Positions 11,747-23,600 of a DNA stretch of 64,000 nucleotides are shown piece after piece (positions within the stretch are counted from its first letter, which is position 1; each line of letters starts with the position of its first letter). A program made the position numbers and the translations under genes. This DNA is from Leidyana gryllorum EB-2025a (taxonomy: Eukaryota > Protista > Apicomplexa): assembly GCA_048772705.1 (NCBI GenBank), contig JBLWGC010000177.1, positions 62,001 through 126,000 on the forward strand, written 5' to 3'. Below the pieces are notes generated by a model, which was not told where the DNA came from, searched no databases, and saw only the letters and a list, made by a program, of their open reading frames with translations.

Positions 11747-13483
11747 ATGGTGAACTACGTCCTCCTGGGGAACGCGGCCACTTATGGGCGGAAGGCTGTC
11801 GAGTTTGACATCCAAGGCAAGTTATGGGAAGCACATGATAACTATGTGGCGGCGGCAAATGTTTTGAAAGACCTAGTGAATGGTGAGTAAAGCCTTTGGG
11901 ACCTGTAGAAGCTTATCATGTAGCCGAAACTAATGAAACCTTTCGCGGGGCGATGGAGAAACAGAGAGTGGGGTATCTACGACGGTGTGATGAGATCGAA
12001 GCTCTATTCTCAGTATGTGTATTTGGCGAAAATCCCAAAGCGGTGATGGAGGTGGGCACCGAGCCCACCCAGCCCACTGAGACTGACAGCAGCGACCCAG
12101 ATCCCTTGCTGACGAGCGACAGTCAAGGAGCCGACCACGGTCCAGGCTCACTATTTGACCAGCCCAAGGCTGAGGTTTGTGTTCGTTCAATTGATCGCTG
12201 TCATCACAGAGGGCTTGAGCCGAGCAGCAGGCACTATCCCGCGATTCGGCCAAAGAAGCTGGGGAAAGATCGGGCATTCCCACACTTGAGGAACTCGCTG
12301 ATGCCAAATGATGATCGAAGTCTGGAGAACTTCAAGATGGCGCTGCGGCAGACAATCTGTCGGCCGAAGACGACGTTTGACGATGTCGCTGGTCTCGAAC
12401 AAGCTAAGAATGCCATCGAAGAAGCCGTTGTATTTCCTCGGGAGTTTCCGGGGCTTTTTGCCAAGATGAAGGCCTGGAAGGCCATATTGCTGTTTGGTCC
12501 TCCTGGTACAGGAAAGACCCATTTGGCTCGGGCAACGGCGAACGCTGTCCAAGCGACGTTTCTGTCGATTTCAAGCACTGATTTAGTATCGAAGTGGCAG
12601 GGCGACTCTGAAAAACAGATCCGAGCTCTGTTTGAAGTCGCTCATGAGAATAAGCCCTGTATAATCTTTTTCGACGAGATTGATTCAATCTGCTGCAGTG
12701 AGTGAAGGAAGTTCGTGTTCAGATATATCAGTGTGTGCGATCAGCTCGTGGGGAGGGTGAGCAAGACTCGACCAGACGGCTCAAGACTGAGTTCTTAGTT
12801 CAACTGTCGAAACTTGCAGACCGAGAAGATCCCGCTCATCAGTCGAATGTGTTGGTTCTCGGGGCCACAGTGAGTTGAACTGAAACCCTCGTGTGTTAAT
12901 CATCAATTATGTGCATCAGAATGTGCCATGGAGCCTCGATCCCGCAATTGTCCGACGATTTGAACGCCGCCTGTTCATTGATTTACCTGACGAGCCAGCA
13001 CGCCGACGCATCTTTGAGATGCACTTGACCAAGTTGGGCGAAAGACTCTCCGCCGAAGACCTGGATTACCTGGCAAGATCCACAGAAAACTATTCAGCAC
13101 ACGACATTGCCATGGTCGTCCAAGACGCTGCCATGGAACGAGTTCGCAAGGTCCGACGAGCGCGGTACTTTTGCAGGATACACGATCCCAACGGCGAGGA
13201 AAAACTTCAAGCCCTCACGACTGATGAGTATGAGGGCATTCCATACGCCAGCAGAGATCTCGTCGCAGCCCCCATGTCATACTCTGAGGTCGATTCGACC
13301 CGCATATATTGCGAACCCATCACTTTGGTAAGCGAAAGGGTGTCATCTTTGATTGGCAATACTTGTAATTGTGTGCAGAACGATTTCGCTTCGGTATCGG
13401 GAAAGGTCAAGAAGACTGTAAAGGCGTCGCATGCGGAGGCGTTCATTCGGTGGAACCGAGAATACGGGATGACGGACTACTAG
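11747..13483 (+). CDS. VPS4: VPS4 AAA ATPase (MIT + AAA + Vps4_C); introns ~11883-11923, 12698-12744, 12870-12919 and 13328-13378
   Basis: MIT-like N-terminus (AVEFD...EA...Y). GPPGTGKT Walker [16 protein letters not shown] pore loop, FFDEIDS Walker B, spliced [29 protein letters not shown], and C-terminal EYG. Confidence 0.88.
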
Positions 13484-14398
13484 AAACAGCAGCACGCCTT
13501 TTGAAGTGGCGTCTTTTTCGGACCCTTATTGGCCCATCGGCTTGCAGCATAGGCACCAGCACCAGCCGCTGTCGAGTACGGATCAGGCTGACCTCCATAC
13601 ATTCCGTAGTTGTTGGTTCCCTCGTCTTGTGGTACTTTGCGACGTTTCAATGCCCCGTGGGGATCTTCACCAGTTAATTGGGCGAACTGTCGATAGGTCA
13701 AAGCTGGATTGGCTGGATTGTAAGGAGTCCCTCCGCGGAAACTTAGGGTCATATGGACCTCTCCGCGAGTTGCGGTTCCTCGCTGACCATAAATCTGCAG
13801 CAGGGAAAGATTGGTGTCCGGAGACACGGTGTGTGCATAACACACTCACAGTGACAGGCCCAGTCCAAGATCGACTATGACTGTTTAATACTGCCATTAG
13901 ATCAAGTGGAACTTCTCCAATGAATTCGTCGGCACTGCTTAGCATACTTTTCACTGGCATTAGGGTCGACAATACTGACTCACATTAGCTCCTTGGCGAA
14001 AGCTTGCACAACTACGAGAGGCTCTCCAGTCTTGGGAAGAAAGTTGTCGCAGCCTGCTTTTACGCGGTGGTACTTACGAATGGTAAACGAAGCTCGGTAT
14101 CAAAGGTGGGGTTACTCCCACCCCACGTCTTGGGCGATGTTTTGACTCTTTGAGCTTTCTTGCTTGTTAGATAGACCGCCACATAGGGGTCCTGATGTAG
14201 TGGTGGAGGTGTGAGCCGTTGTCAGCGTACCATCTTTAGGTTGGAGATGACTGTGGGCTTGTAGAGATTGGTACATTTGTGTATGGTGACGACGACGACT
14301 TCGGGAAGGCTGCCTCCAGGTTGGACGATATCATCTGCTTTCGTGAGAGTCTCCTTTCCCACCAAGAAATCCTTTAGTCCTTTGAAGGTTGTTAGCAT
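13480..14398 (-). CDS. C2-domain protein with C-terminal Cys cluster (KACCCF); about 5 exons
   Basis: Spliced translation VVVTIHKCTNL...MDPYVAVYL...KT...GGSNPTFD...DEFIGEVPLDL...GEVHMTLSF is a typical C2 domain. Confidence 0.75.
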
Positions 14399-14442
14399 GT
14401 TGTTATGGTGGTTACTACGAAAATGCGAAAGAGAGAAAGAGT

Positions 14443-14979
14443 CTATTCATGGAAAAGACCGTGAGTGGGGATGTTGGGGAGCATCTTGTCGCCTTCCAAG
14501 GCATCCAAAACTAACAGAAAACAGGCGCCGACGACTTCGACACCCTGGGAGTGGACCAGCTTAGCGATGGCACTGACTGTACCCCCAGTGGCGAGCAGAT
14601 CATCGACTATGACGACCTTGTCATTGGGTTTGAAAGCACCCTCTTCCACCTGCAGCACCGCCTCTCCGTACTCTAGCCCATAAGCCACTTCAATAGTCTT
14701 GCCGGGGAGCTTTCCCTTCTTCCTAGCTACAATAAACGGCAGCCCAAGTTCGTAGGCAACGGGACATCCAAAGATGAATCCACGTGCCTCGGGGCCCACT
14801 ATTGCCGTTGCCCCGAACTCACGAGTGACACGTGCCATCTCTTGAATCACCTGACGGAACGCACGCGCATCCGCCACGACACCCATGACATCTCGGAAGA
14901 GAATGCCTGGTTTGGGGAAGTCTGGGAATGACTTGATCACGCTCTTAACGTGATTTCGCTCTTCATCATTCCACACCAT
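14443..14979 (-). CDS. APRT: Adenine phosphoribosyltransferase, intronless
   Basis: FPDFPKPGILFRD, EARGFIFG, RKKGKLPG, YGLEYG and the PRPP-binding motif VVIVDDLLATGGT. Confidence 0.95.
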   Translation of the reverse strand: MVWNDEERNHVKSVIKSFPDFPKPGILFRDVMGVVADARAFRQVIQEMARVTREFGATAIVGPEARGFIFGCPVAYELGLPFIVARKKGKLPGKTIEVAYGLEYGEAVLQVEEGAFKPNDKVVIVDDLLATGGTVSAIAKLVHSQGVEVVGACFLLVLDALEGDKMLPNIPTHGLFHE

Positions 14980-15006
14980 TGTAAGCGAAAGAGGTAATTT
15001 TTTTCC

Positions 15007-15681
15007 TCACTTTTCTCTATCAATGTCGGAATTCTGCTGCTCCTCCTCCTCCTCTTCGTCCTCCATTTCCAATGATCTGAACACCATTTTGTAATCTAAC
15101 CTCCCAGCTCAAACATAGAAATCTCACCTCCGATGCTTTAGCACAAGAAACTCATTGTAGTGAGCCTTCCGACGCTGGGCGAATTCTTCCTTCTTTTTAC
15201 GGTCAGCTTCGGTCTCTTCCAACTGATCATTCAACTCAGCCATGAAAGCCGCAGTATCAGGTAGCTGTGTGTGTGCGCGTGTGTGTCTTAAGGTTTCACC
15301 CCTGATCGGCCAATCCCACCTGTCCCTGCATCAAATCCACGGATGATCGCCTGTCGGACCCGCTCAAGTTTGGAGTGGGTATCAATAGCACCTCTTCTGA
15401 CTGTTTGGGTTTAAGAGGAATTGGTAGTAGTCAACAAGAGCAGCCCAAGCTCACCTCTGGTAACAGCGGCGCTGGAGACGGCCCAAAGTATGGAGTCTTG
15501 GGCTCGTCAATCTTCATGCGGGTGCCGCGATCCTTGTCATGTTCGGCAATTATCTCTTCGTCCCACTGTATGTGTTCAGCTCTGAGAAACAATTTTGGAG
15601 TGGTTGTTGTTGAGTGTAAACTTACTGGTCTCGCGAATTGTCAGTCGGCTTCAAGATGCCTTTGCTCGGTTGTCTTTCCAT
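15007..15681 (-). CDS. Protein phosphatase 1 inhibitor-2 (IPP-2); exons 15681-15626, 15581-15455, 15400-15320, 15264-15128 and 15076-15007
   Basis: Not in the ORF track. Hand-spliced translation has KGILK (SILK-type), HIQWDE, MKIDEPKTPY and FAQRRKAHYNEF, the diagnostic inhibitor-2 motifs. Four GT-AG introns of 44-55 nt. Confidence 0.9.
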
Positions 15682-15710
15682 TGTGGTCGAAAAAAAAATC
15701 GAATCGGGTG

Positions 15711-18299
15711 ATGGCTGAGGGGTCTTCAGCTCCTGCTATCATCTGCCGCTTTTTCGAGCCTGGGACGGCGCCAGTTGAGTCATTGGCTTGCTCGCAGGTA
15801 TCGGATCGGGTGGCAGTCGGGAGAGCAGATGGTACCATTGATATTCTGAACCCCAAAGATTTCTCCTTGCTCAAGGTGGGTTTGCATATTGTCTTTGTTT
15901 ACACGCTTCTTCAGCGGTATGTGCGGACTGAGGAAGAAGAGAGCTCTATTAGAAACTTGATATATCTGGATGAGCCTCAATTCGGCGGGAAGTTTTTAGT
16001 TTCCAGTGGACTTTCTGGGAGGATTCAGGTTTGGTCAGATGCATTTCAACGAGTCGTAGCTTCCTCTGATTCACACGGCGGTCCAGTGTACGACCTTTGC
16101 TTACTGCCTTCCAGCGATCCAAGTTGGGTCCGCGTGGCGGCAGCTTGTGATGACGGGGCTGTGCGGGCGTTCCGCATCGGAAAAGAGACTTCTGTCTTGG
16201 ATTTTGGTGACACTGAGAAAGGAACAAGAATACTACCGACTGACCCCCTGCAGGTCACCTTCGAAAAGGTGATTTGCAAGGAACCCAATTGCCGCATTCT
16301 TAGTCTAACACTCTATGATGACGAGCATTTGTACTTCGGCACCGATCGTTCGATGATCTTTTGCGTCAATCTCACGTTAGGCGAGGTGGAATGCCGGATG
16401 GCCCTCACCAAGACCCGTCTGACAGAGCCGTCGTCCAAGAAACGCAAACTTGAAGAGCCCTCCGAGCTTCCAGCCGGGACCAATGTCTTCAAGTTCCTCA
16501 AAGAACAGCAAGAAAAGGAGAACGCGACCCAACAGGAGAGTGGCCCCCTTGGCAAGAACGCCCGTCTCGACGAGGTGGAGACGGCTGTCCTCTGTTTGAC
16601 TGCCTTTGAGAAGATGGTTATTTGCGGAGACTCCACAGGCCGTGTGAGTCTGGTCGACGGAGCCACCAGCACTCTGTTGAAGGAGTTCACCAAACACGAG
16701 GGCGGTATCACTGACGTCTTTTCGGTGAAGGCTAACACGAGTGAGGCACCCACTATCGTCTCGTTGGGCACAGATGGTCGCCTGGCCACATACTATCGCA
16801 CTGATGACGCTGAAGTGGACGACTCGTCCTGGGTGTCCGGTGTCATCCGTTATGCCCACCTTTCAGACTGCTCCAAGGGACTGGAATTGGGGAAGACGGG
16901 AGAGATTCTGGTCGGAGGGACCAACGGTACTGTGGCCATCTACGAGAGAGGCATAGTCAGCGTTAACAAGGTGGGCAATATGCCCCTGAGACTGCCAGCC
17001 TGTATGAACCTGGGCACTGGCCGTATCCAGGTGCTTAAGGGCATCGACTCTTCCAGTCCCGCTGTCATTATGGATCAGACCAGTTCCAAAATAAGTCTCT
17101 CCACCATTGTTAGAGAGTCGGCAACCACACCTCAGCAAGTCCAGGCCATTATGGAGGATGCGCGAGACATGCTGACACTGCCAGAGACCAAAAGTCTCTC
17201 CCACTTCACGGAAGAAGAGGTCCAAGTCTGGCTCGAGAAGGCTCAACAAAAGTTGTGGAACCCCGTCAAAATCACCGAGATGGCTTTCGACGGCTCAGCG
17301 AGCGCCGAGTATCGTCTACGGGCGGCCTGTTTGGTTCGGATTGAGCAAAAGAAGAAAGTGGTGTCTCATCTCGTTGCAGCAGCAACTACCAAAGCGCTCA
17401 AACTCTATCAGCTCAATCTCAAGAAAGCCATGCTGGAGGAAGTGGAGACGCCCAAAAGTCTCCGACGGTTCTTCAAGTCTCGCCAACCACTCTCCGTCAT
17501 GGACCTCGGCAGACCCTCAATGATGTTGGCCTCCTACTCAGAGGTCAATGGGAAGGATGTCAACTTTGGATTCGCCATAATATCTCTCGAACCCGCAGAG
17601 GAAAGAGTCGTTTGCCGTATCGATGACATTGGAGGATCCGTCCGAACCATTGCCTCCTCCCCTTTCAACCCGAACAGTACCAAGAGGCCTCCCAGGCTTC
17701 TGGTGACCACCAGCGAAGGGGCCGACCTTCTGTTCGAAACCACCAATGAGACCTCGTGGAAGAGCCTCAAATTCGTCACAGCCCTACCATTGAGGCCATC
17801 TGTTGCTGGCTATTCACTGGCCGTCCGTGGCGTGTCGGGTTCCCCCAACCAGATGGTTTTTGATCCAACTGGTCGATATATAGCAGCAGCGGTTCAACCC
17901 GAACATGTGTGGGTGTATGACTGTCAACGACGGTCATACCTCCGCACCTCCGATGGCACTTTGACCCTCAAAATACCGTTTGGAGGCAAACAGAATGTCC
18001 GCATTCATACCCTCTGTTGGTACGGTGGTCAAACGAGCAAGTCCCCAACGCTCCTAGTCTGCGGAAAGGGGAAAGCTACCTCACTGAGGCTGGAAATGGA
18101 CAACGGGCAGGTGCTCATCCGGCAAGAGCGGGTTTCATCGTTGAAGGCCGTTCGCGATGATGACTTTGTCCTTCAAGCATCTGTCAGCAGTCTGGAGCCC
18201 AAACAGGACCCCCTTCTGCTCATGATGGCCACATCCAGAACTAAATTGGACTCCATAGGTCCCCTCCCAATGGAAAGACGACGCTATGCGGCTCAGTGA
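15711..18299 (+). CDS. UTP4: WD40 U3 snoRNA-associated protein UTP4/Cirhin-like; probable in-frame intron 15876-15914
   Basis: N-terminal CRFF...VESLA...VAVGRADGTIDI, then SSGLSGRIQVW, AAACDDGAVR and CGDSTGRV. The C-terminal PLPMERRRY matches the UTP4 pattern. Likely start ATG 15711, because the upstream ORF portion overlaps IPP-2. Confidence 0.75.
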   Translation: MAEGSSAPAIICRFFEPGTAPVESLACSQVSDRVAVGRADGTIDILNPKDFSLLKVGLHIVFVYTLLQRYVRTEEEESSIRNLIYLDEPQFGGKFLVSSGLSGRIQVWSDAFQRVVASSDSHGGPVYDLCLLPSSDPSWVRVAAACDDGAVRAFRIGKETSVLDFGDTEKGTRILPTDPLQVTFEKVICKEPNCRILSLTLYDDEHLYFGTDRSMIFCVNLTLGEVECRMALTKTRLTEPSSKKRKLEEPSELPAGTNVFKFLKEQQEKENATQQESGPLGKNARLDEVETAVLCLTAFEKMVICGDSTGRVSLVDGATSTLLKEFTKHEGGITDVFSVKANTSEAPTIVSLGTDGRLATYYRTDDAEVDDSSWVSGVIRYAHLSDCSKGLELGKTGEILVGGTNGTVAIYERGIVSVNKVGNMPLRLPACMNLGTGRIQVLKGIDSSSPAVIMDQTSSKISLSTIVRESATTPQQVQAIMEDARDMLTLPETKSLSHFTEEEVQVWLEKAQQKLWNPVKITEMAFDGSASAEYRLRAACLVRIEQKKKVVSHLVAAATTKALKLYQLNLKKAMLEEVETPKSLRRFFKSRQPLSVMDLGRPSMMLASYSEVNGKDVNFGFAIISLEPAEERVVCRIDDIGGSVRTIASSPFNPNSTKRPPRLLVTTSEGADLLFETTNETSWKSLKFVTALPLRPSVAGYSLAVRGVSGSPNQMVFDPTGRYIAAAVQPEHVWVYDCQRRSYLRTSDGTLTLKIPFGGKQNVRIHTLCWYGGQTSKSPTLLVCGKGKATSLRLEMDNGQVLIRQERVSSLKAVRDDDFVLQASVSSLEPKQDPLLLMMATSRTKLDSIGPLPMERRRYAAQ

Positions 18300-18356
18300 T
18301 CATAGATTGAAGCAACTGTCTTGTGCGTGTGTGTGCGGTTCGGTTTTATCGGATAT

Positions 18357-20604
18357 TCAGAAACCCAGGCAATCATCACTACACATGTACTTCTTCGCAG
18401 GATCATCAGTACAGAATCTGCTGGACAACCAGCAAGCGTAGGCACATGTGTGCCAGACGTTTGTATTGAGGGTGACGGGTGCTTGGAACTTGAGTTCGCT
18501 CACGGACGCTGTAGCCACATCCACATCAGCCCGCATGATCTGATCGTCTGTGAAACGGGGATCGAGCTTAGCCATGTCAGCCGTGGGGATCTGCCGAATA
18601 GGTTTGAACAGTTTGACACCGCGCCCCGAAAACGTACCATGATAAAATTGGGATATGTGGCGTAGGGCCCATCCCTGCCAGAGCCATGGATGGCCATTGA
18701 GGTGCGAGCATCACAGCGTGGAAGGCCCGATCTGTTGGCGCAGGGGAACGCCGGGATGAGATCCAACTCTGTCATCATGAAGCGAACGTTGACACCGAGT
18801 TCAATCATTCGATCCAAGGCAACTTGATTGATTCCATGAGAGGGAGCAAAGGCAATTGCTTGAATTTTAACACCCAACGGTGCGTATTTCTCGGCAAACC
18901 TCACGCCGTAAACTTGTGTCATACCGCCGCCCAACGAGTGGCCGGTGATAGTGAGAGTGGTCTTGTCAGGTTCACATTCGCCTGTGCCGAAGATTTTGTT
19001 ATCTAAATAAGATTGAATTATGGGCAACGATAGATCAGCGAGTTGTTCGTATCCCCGGTGACCATAAGCGTCTTCAGACTGGCCGCTGATTGGCTGCAGT
19101 TGAGGGTTGAAATTGACGTTCCACTCGTAGCCACCTTTGGTCCCCCTTTGAGTCAGCAGGAAGTCGCAGGTGTACTTGGAGGAGCGAAGGGGGGCGTCAG
19201 TGGGGCGGTTTCGGCCGTCCTGAACGTATGGATAGACCATATCGCCTTTGCGACTCAAAATGGTCAGCGGGAGGGCCTCTTTGCCGGCGGCTCCGAGCTC
19301 TGGAGAGGCTGCAGACGAGGGAGATGGGGGGGAGTTACGGCGGCGGTGGTGACTTACCCTCTTCGCGGGCCCAAACCTCCAAGACTCTGTCCCAGCCAGG
19401 GACCATTTGAAGGGGGTTTGGGAATGTATCACAGAGGCCCTGTTGCAGAGTCCACTTGGTCTGGATGTTCATCGCCCAGTTCAGAAACATGTAAGTCGGA
19501 CCTTCGGCTTCGACGGTCTCAGGTTTGACGCTCCCATCCTCTGCAATTGCTTCGGATGGCGGCAAAAGAACCAAGTCCACAGGCTCAGTCGCCACGCCAT
19601 CCGGATACAACTTTTCACATTCATTCCAGTTTGGAGTTGGAGACACGGGTGCAGTTGCACAGTCCGGCGGGATCCCGGCCGAACAGCCCAGAACTGAAGA
19701 GAAAAGGAACGATTAGGAGAGAGACGTGCGGGGGGGAGACGCGGGAGGAGATGTCGGAGGAGGAGACACCGAACACACACTGCACACGCGGGGCCAAAAG
19801 CTGAGTCAAACACTTACAGGCGCCAATGATGCTGATGAGACCACACCCGGTCCATTCGGGATCAAAATCGTTTTCCAAAGACACATCAGCTGCCTCACAT
19901 GCGGCAGCGCCCACATCCTCCATGGGGGAGCGGATCCAAAGCGTCAATTTGCCGCTTTCTTGTGTGTTGTCTTCGACATAAGTGGTACCGAGTGCCCTCA
20001 AAAGGAGGCGACCCATCATTTTGGAGGTCACGAACCCGGAGAGGAGGTCAGGGATTCTGGCCTCCGGATCCATAGCTTCCATGAAGGGTATTTCGTCCCT
20101 CGGACGTTCATAAAGATCGCAAACACCTGAATCCACATCACACTCAGACTCCAGTGGGGGGGTTGCGACGTCGCGTATAATGTTTTTGATTATGTCAGAA
20201 ACGGTCTCGTTATAGGCCAAGTCTTTCAGCGCATAGTGAGCAATCAGTCGGTGGCCGGTCGGCGTGTCCAACAACCTCTCGACAGCGCCGCTCAACAACT
20301 TGAGTTTTTGGGATGTCGTAGTCGGACCGCCGCCTTGACCGCCGGCTGTGCTTCGAATTGCCTGAGCAGCGTTGTTTAGGGAGGGCAGCGCGTTCATAGC
20401 CTCTCTCAACTCATTTGTGTCGAGCCCGAGTGAAGAGGCTAACGCTCCCAGCATGCCCAGGGAGCATAGTCGCATCGGGGGGTCCGATGCAAAGAAGGAT
20501 TGCGGAACCCCCTCATACACAGGATAAGGTAGTTGACTGGTAAAGTCGGATGCTGTAGCCACTGATACTATGGCAACCTTTAGTAGAGGTTGAAGGAACC
20601 TCAT
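18357..20604 (-). CDS. Secreted class-3 (alpha/beta hydrolase) lipase-like protein, multi-exon
   Basis: Signal-peptide-like MRFLQPLLKVAIVSVATA. Oxyanion-region QRGT, GHRGY, ITGHSLGGG nucleophile elbow, DLIPAFP, and a candidate catalytic His in VWHTCAY. Confidence 0.78.
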
Positions 20605-20640
20605 CGCGCAGAAATCAAACAAGGTGAACCAAAAAAAGAA

Positions 20641-23600
20641 CTACACTGACCACCACAGCACAAAGGCTACGCCTCTTTGATACCATAGTGTTGGATCCTC
20701 CTTGTCGTCGATCACAAAGTCGGCCGTCGTAATACATTCTCTGCACAATCAAAGTGTTAAGGGGGGGTGTGCTGTGCCACAAACACTTACTGTCGCGCAC
20801 GAGTCAGGAACACCGGTAGCTTAATAACGTTCTTCTTGCGTCTGCTCTCACTCGTCCGCGGCCGGGCCCACTTGAGTCTCGTCGGCGGTAATCGGCTCAT
20901 CTCGGAATCGGCCAAGTGTAACATCTTCGACTTGCTGTCATATGTGGCTCCGCACACGTACATTCCAGTCAGCAAGTAGGATTGGTTGTCAATCTGCAAC
21001 AAGAAGATGCGGGAGAGGTGGGCACCACCACACTTTACTGCTCACCTCAGTGTTTCCAATGTCAAGCGACATCACCAGATCGTCTACGGGCCACTTGTAT
21101 ATCTGAGCCACCTTCTGCTGGGTGGCTGATAGGTAGGCCTTGGGGTTCGAGAGTCCACCCGGCCACAGACACTTGACACTGAGATCTTCAATCTTTCCTG
21201 TGGGCAGCATACTGCTCAGATCCTGCAGCACCGGAGCCCTAACAACTTCGTGGGCGGCCTCCACATCGATCGGCATTGCTTGAGCACCGCCTGAATAGTA
21301 TCTGGAAATCGCCACCAACTGTTCAGCTCTCCGGTTGAGATCCAACATCCATTCGTCCAAGTTACGAAGATTGGCCACTCCACCATACGGTTGAGACTTC
21401 CACTGGTCGGGTACCTCACCCGCGACCACTTTCTGGGCGATCTCTCGGATGATGTTTGTGAACTTGGTTTGACCGCTCGCCACCCCTCTCAAGGCGACTA
21501 GATGTTCGGAAATGTCAGCCCACATTCTGCGAAGCAAAGAATAAGTGGACACGAAATGTTCCCAACTTACAATCGATAGCTGCGCACTTCGGTGTCGAAG
21601 AATCTGAACAGAGGATCTTCGCTGCCCTCTGAAGCCACTGGTTGGAGGTTAGTCGCATCAGCGGGAAGAGATGTCCGCAGGAGATCAATTTTGCTCAGAA
21701 TGTCAGCCGCGTGGCCACCACCCAACGAACTCGAGAGACGGCTCAACGCGCGATCCGGAGGAGTGGGGGCCCCAGCAGACTTGACCCCCATTGAGATACT
21801 CGCTTGGGAGCGCAGAATATCTCCCTCTGTACCCACACCGACAAAGGAGCTCACAGGCAGAAGATCTTTGAGCTCTTCGGCACTGCGATTATTGAGTACC
21901 TGCCAGTCTGTCAGCATTCCCAGAGCAGTGTCAGCCTGCAGCAGTCGGTCGGCGTGAGCCGCCAGTCCAATCCATGTTGGGTGGTCGTTGGCGGTACCGA
22001 GCTTTCGCACCCATTCGACATACTGATCAATCGACTTGTCCAAAGGAGGAGCATTGAGGGGAGGTCCTCCGCCTGTCGCAGCCACCAAAGGCGCGTTTTC
22101 GTCAAACATTCTCGGACTGATCAATTTGTCCACGAAGCTTCTCAGGACACGACGGTCAATATCATTGTCGAGACGGCCTCCATACATGACGTCTCTCAAG
22201 AGCGTCTGGAGTGCGAGCCATGGAATCTTGCTCGGGTCCATGCTGCCGGTGCTGGTGAGCCATTCGTCCACCTCTTCCAAGCTGCAGAGCAGATCGGCGT
22301 CACTGAACTCGTAGGCTTTGGTCCATCCGATGGGGGCGAATCGGCGTCTCTCCAGGACGACAGCGTGGAGGAAGGCGACGTAGAAGTAGAGACGGTTCCT
22401 CAGAATGGTCGGGGGTCTTTCGGTTCTCGGAGGTATGATGAAACTGGTGAGACTGCGTTCCAGGGAGGCACGGAGACCGACCGGAGGCTCAAAGACGAAT
22501 TTATAGGCGAGACGCAGAAGATTGGCGGGGACTTTGTCTTTGAACTCCATTGTCAAGAAGATTCGGAACTTGTCGTGGTGTTTGAACTTGAACATTGTCT
22601 TCTCGAGGTTCTGCAGCCATTTAGTACTGGTGAGATGGACGTTCTTCAACAGGACCCAAGTACCAACGCGAGACGCCGATTGGATTGCCTTATCGGCCGC
22701 CAGATACCCTTCCTCGCTACCCATTGCAATTGATGTCAGTTGACGACCGGAAGAACCCGCAACGGCCACAACTCTGCCCGACGGATCGAAACCAGGAGCC
22801 GAGACCAGAATGACTGGGACCGAACTGGAGATTGAGGGACTGTTCAACAAACTCGTCAGCAGATCTTGACTCAGAATGGGGACCTCCAAGAACGAAGGGC
22901 CCATAATGACCGATACCACCCGATCCAATGCTGCAGACAATCTGTCGGCTCTCAGACATTTGACCAACAAAGCCATTCGCAGCGCCGACATCATATCCAT
23001 AGACATTTTCTGTAAGGGTTCCTTGAGCGCTTGGAAGTGAGGCAGAGACAAAAAGTGGTCGACATCGCTGCCCAGCTTTCCGGGGACGCCCTTCTCCTCG
23101 GGACGATCGCTGTTGAGGAACTCCAGCCAGAAAGCCTTGTTGGTCTGCATGTGTTGTACCAACATATCGAAACACCGAAGACTGGACGCCAGCGTGGCCA
23201 ACCCACGCTTCTGGTCCAGACGAAGGGTGCCATCCAGCAGAGGAGTGAACGAGTCGGCCGTCACTGTCGCCAGGACACCGCCCCGCGTGGGGTGGCCGTC
23301 ACGGGCATCGAGTGAGGTCGAGTGTCCCAAGTTGACGAGAAGCTTTCCTTGGAGGAGCACATCCAGTTCCATCGACCGAAGACTGATTTTCGTCATACTC
23401 TCGAAACGAATACGAGCAAACTGCAAAGCGAGAATGGCTTTGTCTTTGTGCAGATGAGAGAGTGTGCAGCGATCATAGAAGGCTTTGAAGAAGGAGGCTA
23501 ACAATATCTCTGCCCGGGCGGCAAAATCGTCCGCTCTGACTGATGACAATGCAGCTTTATTGTTGAGTGTCTCCTTGAAGATACTCTCGAAGAAACGGAG

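Noticed and set aside
12013-12209. Two extra candidate introns in the VPS4 linker
   Set aside because: Removing the first creates an immediate stop and removing the second alone shifts frame; the unspliced frame is open.
15375-15710. N-terminal 112 aa of the 974-aa ORF
   Set aside because: Non-ATG start, and it is the antisense of the IPP-2 exons and introns. UTP4 similarity begins after ATG 15711.
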